The translations under genes were made by a program, and so were the position numbers. A model generated the notes under the pieces. It had not been told where the DNA came from. It made no database searches and was given only the letters and a program-made list of their open reading frames with translations. Shown piece after piece: positions 27,677 through 35,671 of a stretch of 64,000 nucleotides of DNA. Source of the DNA: Chloroflexia bacterium (GTDB lineage: Bacteria > Chloroflexota > Chloroflexia > Thermomicrobiales > CADCWN01); NCBI GenBank assembly GCA_046328475.1, contig JAXLWN010000008.1, positions 46,532 through 110,531 of the forward strand, given 5' to 3'. The stretch's first letter is position 1. Every line of letters starts with the position of its first letter.

Positions 27677-28618
27677 CTACGACGCGCTGAGGCGATCCAT
27701 CGCCTCCACCAACTCGCGCACCGCGCCCGCAGACTTCTGCAGCGCCGCGTTCTCCTCGTCGGTCATCGTGATCTCGATCACCTGCTTCATGCCACCCGCG
27801 CCGAGCCTTGATCGGCACGCCGACATAGAGATCGTTGATGCCATACTGGCCGTTCAGGTAGACGCTGCACGGCATGATCCGGTCCGGTCGAGCATGATCG
27901 CCTCGACCATGTCGGCGATCGCCGCGCCCGGCGCGTACCACGCACTCACGCCAATCAGTTGCACCAGTTCGCCGCCGCCATTCGCCGTGCGGTCGCAGAT
28001 CGCCTTGATCCGGTCGGCCGGGATCAGCTCGGTGATCGGGATGCCCGCGACCGTGGAGTAGCGCGGCAGCGGCACCATCGTGTCGCCGTGCCCGCCGAGC
28101 ACGAACGCCGACACATCCTTGATCGAGACGCCCAGTTCCATCGCGATGAAGGTGCGGAAGCGCGCCGAGTCGAGCACACCCGCCTGCCCGATCACGCGCT
28201 CCTTCGGGAAACCGGACGCCTTCAGCGCGACGTGGCACATCGCGTCCAGCGGGTTGGTGAGCACGACGATCACCGCGTTCGGGCTGCGCTGCGCCACCTC
28301 GCGCGTGACCGAGCCGACGATGTTCATGTTGATCTTCAGGAGGTCGTCCCGGCTCATGCCCGGCTTGCGCGGCGAGCCGGAGGTGATCACGACCACGTCC
28401 GACCCCGCCGTCGCGTCGTAGTCGTTCGCGCCCGTGATCTGCGCGTCGTAGCCCGCAATCGGCCCGGTCTGCATCAAATCGAGCGCCTTGCCCTGCGGCA
28501 GATTCGGCACAATGTCCACCAGCACCACGTCGGCATAGCCGCCCTGCGCGACGTACTGGGCCGCTGTCGCCCCGGTCGCGCCCGCACCGACGATCGTCAC
28601 CTTGCCTCGCATCGTCAT
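27677..28618 (-). pseudogene. mdh: Malate dehydrogenase (LDH-like MDH), carrying two compensating frameshifts as sequenced
   Basis: '[20 protein letters not shown]', 'NPLDAM' and '[10 protein letters not shown]' in frame 1 up to '...[10 protein letters not shown]'. '[25 protein letters not shown]' is in a second frame. '[42 protein letters not shown]' returns to frame 1, with the stop at 27677-27679. Confidence 0.85.
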
Positions 28619-28769
28619 CCCCTCCGGTGTCGTCCCACACTACAAAACATCGTTATGTCGATCACAGCGGGCGTTGCCGCGCCGCCGGATCGACGAGATG
28701 GGGCATAATACCATAGGGATCACGGAAGTTAGGGGTTGGTAACGCTGGATGATAGCGATAGAGGTGGGG

Positions 28770-30057
28770 ATGACCTATACGATTCCGTTCGCCGATGGCA
28801 CGCTCTCGTTCGACCTTCCCGCCGGGATGCGCGGCACGGTCGCCACCTCGCACCCGTCGCCGCCGCTGGAAGGCTGGCGCGCGGTGCGCGATGCCCTGCG
28901 CAACCCACTGGGCGTGCCGACGCTCGACAAGCTGGTGAAGTCGGGCGACCGCGTCTGCATCGCGGTGACCGACGCGACGCGCGCCTGCCCCGACAAGCTG
29001 CTGGTGCCGCCGATCTGCACGCAACTCGAACTGGCCGGGGTGGCGAAGGAGGACATCACCATCCTGATCGCGACCGGGCTGCACCGCGATAGCACCCCCG
29101 CCGAGAAGGAGGAGAAGCTCGGCACCGACATCGTGCAGCGCTACAAGGTCATCGACCACGACGCGCGCGACCCCGACTGGCTCGTCGATCTCGGCGAGGG
29201 ACCGGGCGGCTGCCCCCTGGTCGTGAATCGCCGCGCCTACAAATCGGACCTGATCATCGCCACCGGCGTCGTGGAGCCGCACCAGTACGCGGGCTATAGC
29301 GGCGGCGGCAAGACCCTGGCGATCGGCTGCGGCGGCGAGGCCACCATCGGCTTCACCCACGGCCCGGCGATGCTGGAAACACCGGGCGTGCGCCTCGGCC
29401 AGATCGAGGGCAACCCTTCCAGGCGATCTGCCGCGAGTCCGCCCGCCGCGCCGGTCTGCGCTTCGTGATCAACGTCATCCTCGACGACGACGGCACGATC
29501 GTCGCGGTCGCGGCGGGCGATCCCGAAACCGTCCACGACCACCTCGTGGAGGTCGGCAAGGACCACTACCTCGCGCCGATCCCGCACCAGTACGACGCGG
29601 CCATTGCGGGCGTCGGCTGGCCCAAGGATGTCAACCTCTACCAGGCGTCGCGCGCCGCGACCTACCTCCACTTCGCCCCCACCCCCGTCGTGCGCGAGGG
29701 GGCATCATCGTCCTCCCCGCCCCCCTGCCCGAAGGCGCGGGCGAAGGCGAGGGCGAGAAGCGCTTCTACCGCGCCCTGAGCGGCGCCACCTCGCCGCAGG
29801 CGGTGATCGCGGACGCTCGCACCAACGGCTACCCGCCCGGCGGCCAGCGCGCCTTCGTCGTCGCCAAAGTCCTCGAACACTGCGCGATCATCGTCGTCGG
29901 CGCGCAAGACCCCGACCTCGTGCGCGGTGCCCACATGACCCCCGTCGCCACCATGGATGAAGCCCTCGCCCTCGTCGCCGCCCGCCTCGGCCCCGCCGCC
30001 GACGTCCTGATCGTCCCCCACGCCACCCTCACCCTGCCGGTGGTGACCGAGGGCTGA
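28770..30057 (+). pseudogene. larA: LarA-family nickel-pincer 2-hydroxyacid racemase/epimerase (DUF2088), split by two frameshifts as sequenced
   Basis: Three consecutive ORFs in frames 0, 2 and 1 (28749.., 29465.., 29803..) read as one LarA-like protein: '...VVEPHQYAGYSGGGKTL...GNP|FQAICRESARRAGLRFVINVILDDDG...VVREG|GIIVLPAPLPEGAGEGEGEKRFY...'. The frame changes fall at CCC 29414-29416 and G5 29698-29702. Confidence 0.8.
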
Positions 30058-30091
30058 TTGGCTGTTATTCGCTGGAAACCGCAGGAGAGGC

Positions 30092-30347
30092 ATGATGGCG
30101 CAGGTGACATCGATCCAGCTTGATAATGCGATCGTGGCGAGTCGACACGCTGGCGGCTGCCATAGGCCGACCCCGCACCTGGGTGATCGAGCAAGCGATT
30201 GCGCGCTATCTCGATGCGGAGTTGGGGTTCCTCGAAGCCGTTGAAGAGGGAATTCGCGCGGCAGAAGCGGGCGATGTTGTCGAACACCAAGTTGTAATCA
30301 GGGACGTGGAAGACTTCCGGCAACGGAAATCTACACGCGATCAGTAG
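30092..30347 (+). pseudogene. Ribbon-helix-helix (CopG/antitoxin-like) protein, frameshifted near the N-terminus as sequenced
   Basis: RBS AGGAGAGG, then ATG at 30092 giving 'MMAQVTSIQLDNAIVA' (RHH beta-strand). A one-nt frame change near 30134-30138 leads to 'RVDTLAAAIGRPRTWVIEQAIARYLD...' in ORF 30120..30347. Confidence 0.5.
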
Positions 30348-30367
30348 GAAGCTTCCTACTTGAAGGT

Positions 30368-30437
30368 CCCCGAGCCCGCGTAGGCGGCTTGCGGCGGCCC
30401 GCAGGCCGCCTTCAGCCAGAGGCTTCAGCCCTTGGGG
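30368..30437. repeat. REP-like family B copy (triple hairpin)
   Basis: 'ccccgagcccgcgtaggcggcttgcggcggcccgcaggccgccttcagccagaggcttcagcccttgggg'. Confidence 0.8.
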
Positions 30438-30473
30438 CATCCCGCCCTGCGTTGCTTCGCAGATTCCAAGACT

Positions 30474-31199
30474 CTACGCCCCCGGCGTATGCGCCGTCAG
30501 GAACTCTCGCACGCGCCGCACCGTCCCGTCGATCACATCCGGCGTGCGCCACACCGGCAGCACCTCGGCTTGCGGGGCGAGTTCGGCGATTTCGAGCGCC
30601 GTGGCCTCCGGGTGGAAGTTGTCATTGCCGGGCAGCACCAGCAGCGGCACCGGGCAGGTTCGCGCATAGTCCGTCGTGACGCTGAAGACGAAGTCGCCGC
30701 CGAAGAGCCGCTCGCGGAACGCCGCGAACGTCGCCGCGTCGGCCTCCGGATGCTGCGGCGCGACCTCAAGCGCCCACTCGTCGAACATCTTGCGGAACTC
30801 TTCCCGGTTGTCGGCGCTCAAGCCGATCGGATTCTGCAACACCGCCGCCGTGATCCGCCCCGGCGCCGCCTCGCAGATCCCCAGGCAATACGACGACCCG
30901 ATGCAGCCTCCCATCACATGCGCACGCTCGATCCCGAGATGGTCAAGCAGCGCCACATGATCGGCCGTGTACGTCTTCCAGCCATCGTCCCGGATCGGCC
31001 CGCGCGACTGCCCGGCGTTGCGCTGGTCCATCGCGATCACTCGGAACTGGTCGGAAAGCGCCGCCGTCGGATCGAAGGGGCTCCTGCGCCAGAAATTAAT
31101 CGTTGAGCGCATCCCGCCCGGCGCGAAGAGCAGCAGCGGATACCCCGAGCCATACTCCTCGTAGTAGAGCGTCGCATCACCGCGCGTAAAGGTCGGCAT
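30474..31199 (-). CDS. Alpha/beta-fold hydrolase
   Basis: Start 'MPTFTRGDATLYYEEYGSGYPLLLFAPGG' is preceded by GGGAGG. The nucleophile elbow is 'HVMGGCIGSSY'. Confidence 0.8.
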   Translation of the reverse strand: MPTFTRGDATLYYEEYGSGYPLLLFAPGGMRSTINFWRRSPFDPTAALSDQFRVIAMDQRNAGQSRGPIRDDGWKTYTADHVALLDHLGIERAHVMGGCIGSSYCLGICEAAPGRITAAVLQNPIGLSADNREEFRKMFDEWALEVAPQHPEADAATFAAFRERLFGGDFVFSVTTDYARTCPVPLLVLPGNDNFHPEATALEIAELAPQAEVLPVWRTPDVIDGTVRRVREFLTAHTPGA

Positions 31200-31427
31200 C
31201 GTGACACCTCCCATGCCCGCACCGCCCCGGTGCAGGTAAGGCCGCGTACGCAAGCGGGCACCACGATCCTGGCGTCCCCTTGCCCACGAACTCCCAGGCA
31301 GATTGCCTACCCATCGGGGGCATCCACCCCGCGCCCATTCTACCCTTCCAGCATCGCCCGCGTTGCCATCCCCAGCACCGGGGCGTTGCAACTGATAGCA
31401 GCAGTCTGCGTAGCGAGGAGGTGACCG

Positions 31428-32936
31428 GTGGCCGATCGCTTCGACAAGTTCACCGAGCGCGCCCGGCGCGTGCTCTCACTGGCCGGGCAGGCGGCGGGCG
31501 AATTCGATCAACCCGGCATTGATGCGGAGCACATCCTGCTCGCCCTGATCGACGAAGGCAACGGCATCGCCGCGCGCGTCATGGTCGATCTCGGCGGCCA
31601 GCTCCCGCCGATCCGCAGATCCCTCGTCGCCAGGCTCGAACAACAGCGCGGCGTCTCCACCGGCGAGATCGGCCTGACCCCGCGCGCCAAGCGGACCATC
31701 GAACTCGCCGTGGACGAGGCGCGGCGACTGAACCACCACTACATCGGCACCGAACACCTCCTGCTCGCCCTGACGCGCATCGAGTCGAGCATCGCCGCCG
31801 ACGTCCTGCGCGAATTCGGCATCGACCACAACCGTGCGGTCGCGCGCGTGGTCGCGATCCTGTCAACCCACGGACCCGACGTTCCCGCAGGAAACCCGCC
31901 ACCCCCATTCGCCCAAAGTTCCAGGGCACCGCGCTGGATACGCTCCCTTTGGGAACAGCGCCAACGTCGCGATAGCCAGCAGCAACCACCAGACATGGCA
32001 ACTATCGACTTCACCCGCTTCACCGAGCGCGCCAGGCGCGTGCTGGTCTTCTCCCAGGAGGAAGCGCAACGCTTCAACCACAACTATATCGGCACCGAGC
32101 ACCTGCTCATTGGCCTCATCCGCGAAGAGGAGGGGGTCGCGGCGCGGGTCCTTCGCGAATTCGGGCTGGAGGTGGCCGGGGTGCGCGCGGCCGTCGAGTT
32201 CATCGTCGGGCGCGGCGAGACGATGATCATGGGCGAAATCGGCCTCACCCCGCGCGTCAAGACGGTGCTAGCGCTGGCGGTCGATGAAGCGCGTCGGTTG
32301 CACCATCACTACATCGGCACCGAGCACCTGCTGCTCGGGATCGTGCGCGAGGGCGAAGGCATCGCCGTCGGGGTGATGGAAAGCAAGGGCGTCCAGTTGG
32401 AGGCGCTACGAGCGCGCGTGATCCAGGTCCTCACCGCAGGCCCCGCCGCCGAGCCAGCACCCCGTCCTTCGCCGACCACGACCCCACCTCCCCCACTCCC
32501 ACGCACGCCGGAAGAGATCGCCCAGTTGCGAACGCCGCGCGGTCGCCTGCGGCAAGTCATCCCGATCGTGCAGGAGCAGACGCAGGGCAACAGCACCTTC
32601 GTCGGCGTCGCCATCGAGCGCTACGAGAACATCTTCGTCGCCAGCTGGAACCTGACGATCCGGCGCGTGGGTCGCCACCCCTATCCGCACTTCGCGATGA
32701 CCGCCGAGGACGATCGCGGCAACCACTATCGCAGCTTCTCCGATGGCGGCAGCGGCGGCAGCGCCCCCGGACAGGCCTTCGAGGGGCGTTTCGCCTACCG
32801 CTTCTTCCCCGCGCTCGCCCCGGAAGCCCGCACACTGACCATCACCATCGCGCCAACCCCCGGTCGCGACTCGCCCGACCTCGCCCCCGCGACCTGGCAA
32901 TTCACCGTCGCCATCCCGCCCTTGCCAGAAGCCTGA
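31428..32936 (+). CDS. Protein with two Clp_N (Clp R) repeat domains, a Pro-rich linker and an unassigned C-terminal domain
   Basis: GTG start after AGGAGG. 'FTERARRVL...HHYIGTEHLLLAL' occurs twice per domain, in two domains. The C-terminal ~140 aa is unrecognised. Confidence 0.8.
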   Translation: MADRFDKFTERARRVLSLAGQAAGEFDQPGIDAEHILLALIDEGNGIAARVMVDLGGQLPPIRRSLVARLEQQRGVSTGEIGLTPRAKRTIELAVDEARRLNHHYIGTEHLLLALTRIESSIAADVLREFGIDHNRAVARVVAILSTHGPDVPAGNPPPPFAQSSRAPRWIRSLWEQRQRRDSQQQPPDMATIDFTRFTERARRVLVFSQEEAQRFNHNYIGTEHLLIGLIREEEGVAARVLREFGLEVAGVRAAVEFIVGRGETMIMGEIGLTPRVKTVLALAVDEARRLHHHYIGTEHLLLGIVREGEGIAVGVMESKGVQLEALRARVIQVLTAGPAAEPAPRPSPTTTPPPPLPRTPEEIAQLRTPRGRLRQVIPIVQEQTQGNSTFVGVAIERYENIFVASWNLTIRRVGRHPYPHFAMTAEDDRGNHYRSFSDGGSGGSAPGQAFEGRFAYRFFPALAPEARTLTITIAPTPGRDSPDLAPATWQFTVAIPPLPEA

Positions 32937-33027
32937 GCAGCCGCTAGAGTCCCCGCCATCGCGATACCGCGCCTGGCCTGCTGTGGCTGCATGGTGTCGT
33001 GCCCATTCGCTCGCAAGAGGAGGCTGC

Positions 33028-33861
33028 ATGGCGCTCACGATCACCGATGGCCAGCAATACATGGTCCGCTTCCTCCACTACGAGAAAGCGCTGGCGCTGA
33101 TGCCGGGGCTGAGCGAGGAATTGCTGGCGACGCTGGTTGGCCTCTCGCTCGACGATTATCGCGCCGCCCGTGCCGCATGTGCCGCCGAGGCGCGCGAGGC
33201 GGCACAAGAACTGCTCGCCGACGCCGCATTCGCCGCCAGCGCGGACCGCCTCCCCTTCGCGCCGGGCGCGGTCGTCGTCGGGTTGGGCGACAGCATCACC
33301 GACGACCTCCTCTCCTGGTTCGAGATCCTGCGCCAGCTCTGCGATCTGCGCCGCCCCGACGACAAAATCCAGTTCATCAACGCCGGCATCTACGGCGAGA
33401 CGACCACCCAGCTGATCTCCCGCTTCTTCGCCGTCGCCGACCGCCAGCCCGATTGGATCATCTGCTTCGCCGGGACCAACGACGCCCGCCGCCACGGCCA
33501 TCAACCGCTCAAGACCCTGGTGAGCCCGGCTGAGACGGAGCAAAACCTCGCCGCACTCCGCCAGTTTGGTGCCACCCAGACGAACGCCCAATGGCTCTGG
33601 GTCACCCCCGCCACCGTCGTGGAGGAGCAAATCGCCGCCTCCCCCTTCCTCTCCGGCCGCCAGGTGATGTGGCGCAACGACGACCTCCGCGCCGCCGCCG
33701 ACGCCGTCCGCCGCCAATCCGGCCCCATCGTCGACCTGCAACCCCTCTTCGGCACCCCCGCCAACCCCGGCTACCTCATCTCCGACGGCCTCCACCCCAA
33801 CCTCACCGGCCAAAAAATCATCGCCCGCGCCGTCATCGAGAAACTGAGCGAGCTAGGCTAG
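33028..33861 (+). CDS. SGNH/GDSL-family hydrolase
   Basis: RBS GAGGAGG. Contains 'VVVGLGDSITDD' (block I GDS) and 'SDGLHPN' (block V). Confidence 0.85.
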   Translation: MALTITDGQQYMVRFLHYEKALALMPGLSEELLATLVGLSLDDYRAARAACAAEAREAAQELLADAAFAASADRLPFAPGAVVVGLGDSITDDLLSWFEILRQLCDLRRPDDKIQFINAGIYGETTTQLISRFFAVADRQPDWIICFAGTNDARRHGHQPLKTLVSPAETEQNLAALRQFGATQTNAQWLWVTPATVVEEQIAASPFLSGRQVMWRNDDLRAAADAVRRQSGPIVDLQPLFGTPANPGYLISDGLHPNLTGQKIIARAVIEKLSELG

Positions 33862-33862
33862 C

Positions 33863-33913
33863 CCTCACCCCGCCGCCTGCGGGCTTGCCCCTCTCCCAAT
33901 CCTGGGAGAGGGG
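33863..33913. repeat. REP-like family A copy
   Basis: 'cctcaccccgccgcctgcgggcttgcccctctcccaatcctgggagagggg', starting 2 nt after the SGNH hydrolase stop. Confidence 0.85.
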
Positions 33914-33942
33914 CAAGCCTCAATCATCGCCAAACGCAAACA

Positions 33943-33971
33943 CGCGCCGCTGTCCATAGCACAGCGGCGCG
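33943..33971. terminator. Hairpin between convergent SGNH hydrolase and MFS genes
   Basis: An 11-bp stem, CGCGCCGCTGT with ACAGCGGCGCG, and a 7-nt loop. It is flanked by an inverted pair of REP-like elements. Confidence 0.5.
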
Positions 33972-34001
33972 CATTCACCTCGGATTATCGGGACGTTCCA
34001 T

Positions 34002-34092
34002 CCCCTCTCCCAACGGTTGGGAGAGGGGTGCCGCCGCAGCGGCGGGGTGCGGGCCGTCCCCACTCACGACTCACGACTCACGACTCACGACT
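34002..34092. repeat. REP-like family A copy (reverse orientation) followed by (CACGACT)x4
   Basis: 34002-34053 'cccctctcccaacggttgggagaggggtgccgccgcagcggcggggtgcggg'. CACGACT at 34065, 34072, 34079 and 34086. Confidence 0.9.
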
Positions 34093-35395
34093 AATCCCCC
34101 GCCGCCAACTCCGGCTTCACCATCGGCAACCCGATCCCCGCCGGCTTCCGCCCGATCCGAATCGCCATGCTCGCCGCCACCAGGCAGATCGCCCCCGACG
34201 TCAGGAACGCCGCCTGGTAATTCCCGAACCAGTCGTGCATCGCCCCGGCCGCATACGACACCGACGCCGCCCCGAGCTGATGCGCCACGAAGATCCAGGC
34301 GAAAACCCGCCCCGCGTTCTGCTTGCCGAAAATATCGGCCGTCAGCCGCACCGTCGGCGGCACCGTCGCGACCCAGTCGAGGCCATAGAAGACCACGAAG
34401 AGCGCGATCCCGAAGAAGCCGGTCCCGTAGGCGTAGGGCAGGAAGAGCAGCGCCAGCCCGCGCAGGCCGTAATACCAGACCAGCAGCCAGCGATTGTCGA
34501 AGCGGTCCGAGAGCCAGCCCGAGGCGATCGTCCCCACGATATCGAACGCCCCGATCGTCGCCAGCAGCCCCGCCGCCATCACCTCGGTCATGCCATGCTC
34601 GACCGAGTGCGGGATCAGGTGCGTGCCGATCAGCCCATTCGTGCTCGCCCCGCAGATGAAGAAGGTCCCCGCCAGCAGCCGGAAATCCCGGTTGCGCAGC
34701 CCCATCAAGAGCGTCTGAATCGCCGCCGCGAACGGATTGCCGGTTGTGATGCGCAGCGGCGACGCGGGCGCGTCACTTGGCTGCGCGCCGTATGGTTGCA
34801 GGCCAAGCTGCTGCGGCGAGTCGCGCATCACGAAGAGCACCAGCGGCACCAGCGCCAGCGCCAGCGCCGAGACGATCAGCACCGCCAGCCGCCAGCCCAC
34901 CGACTCGATCGCCTTCGCCAGGATCGGCAGGAAGATCAGCTGCCCGGTCGCCCCGGCCGCCGTCAGCACCCCCACCACCAGGCCGCGCCGCTCCACGAAC
35001 CAGCGATTCGCCACCGTCGCCGCCACCCAGCCCGAGAGCGCCCCCGCCCCGAACCCGACCACCACGCCCCAGAGCAGTTGCAACTGCCAGGCGGCGCGGA
35101 TCTGCGTCGTCAGGATCACCGCGATGCCCATGACGACCAGCGCCAGGATCATCATCGCGCGCATCCCGACCCGCTCCATCACCGCCGCCGCGAACGGGCC
35201 GCAGAGTCCGAACAGGAAGAGGTTAATGGATACCGCCAGCGCCACCGTCGAGCGCGTCCAGCCAAACTCATGCTCCAGCGGCAAAATCAGCACCCCCGGC
35301 ACCGCGCGCACGCCCGACGCCGCCAGCATCGTCAGGAAGGTCACCCCAACAATCAGCCAACCATAGTAGAGTCGCCCGCGAAAGAGTGCCGCCAT
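34091..35395 (-). CDS. MFS transporter
   Basis: Start 'MAALFRGRLYYGWLIVGV'. It has 12-TM-like hydrophobicity. It is divergent from a TetR gene, and its stop TAG abuts the (AGTCGTG)4 array. Confidence 0.85.
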   Translation of the reverse strand: MAALFRGRLYYGWLIVGVTFLTMLAASGVRAVPGVLILPLEHEFGWTRSTVALAVSINLFLFGLCGPFAAAVMERVGMRAMMILALVVMGIAVILTTQIRAAWQLQLLWGVVVGFGAGALSGWVAATVANRWFVERRGLVVGVLTAAGATGQLIFLPILAKAIESVGWRLAVLIVSALALALVPLVLFVMRDSPQQLGLQPYGAQPSDAPASPLRITTGNPFAAAIQTLLMGLRNRDFRLLAGTFFICGASTNGLIGTHLIPHSVEHGMTEVMAAGLLATIGAFDIVGTIASGWLSDRFDNRWLLVWYYGLRGLALLFLPYAYGTGFFGIALFVVFYGLDWVATVPPTVRLTADIFGKQNAGRVFAWIFVAHQLGAASVSYAAGAMHDWFGNYQAAFLTSGAICLVAASMAIRIGRKPAGIGLPMVKPELAAGD

Positions 35396-35493
35396 CTTCC
35401 CCACCTTCTGCCATTCGAGTCCAACCAACCCCGGACACACCCCAGGCGTGTTATGCCGATGGTGAATCCCTGCCCCCGCCTGGGGCAAAACCT

Positions 35494-35552
35494 AACCGAC
35501 GCAGGTCGGTTTCGTGGCCCGCAGGCCCTCAGGCGCGGTTTCAACCGCCAGG
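35494..35552. repeat. REP-like family B copy (divergent)
   Basis: 'aaccgacgcaggtcggtttcgtggcccgcaggccctcaggcgcggtttcaaccgccagg'. It shares the GCAG-loop hairpins and the GGTTTCAACC hairpin with the other copies. Confidence 0.6.
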
Positions 35553-35576
35553 CCCAATCATCGTGGCCCCGATTGT

Positions 35577-35616
35577 ATGATATCCATCATTCCATTGTCA
35601 ATATGATGGATATCAT
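35577..35616. promoter_or_regulatory. Probable TetR operator
   Basis: ATGATATCCATCAT (35577-35590), a 12-nt spacer, then ATGATGGATATCAT (35603-35616). This is a perfect 14-nt inverted repeat, AT-rich, lying between the divergent MFS and TetR genes. Confidence 0.6.
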
Positions 35617-35671
35617 CTATCATTGCAGCAACAAACGCCGCGACCGGCGCAGGATATTCCGAGAGGGACCG

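Noticed and set aside
27797-29702. Programmed ribosomal frameshifting in mdh and larA.
   Set aside because: There are no slippery heptanucleotides (X XXY YYZ) or downstream pseudoknots at the junctions. The shifts sit in plain G/C runs. In mdh they are compensating, which fits indel errors.
34028-35671. Upstream 548 codons of ORF 34028..36283, which would make a 751-aa protein.
   Set aside because: This part is antisense to the MFS transporter and has Arg/His/Pro-rich nonsense composition. Only the last 203 codons, from ATG 35672, form the TetR regulator.
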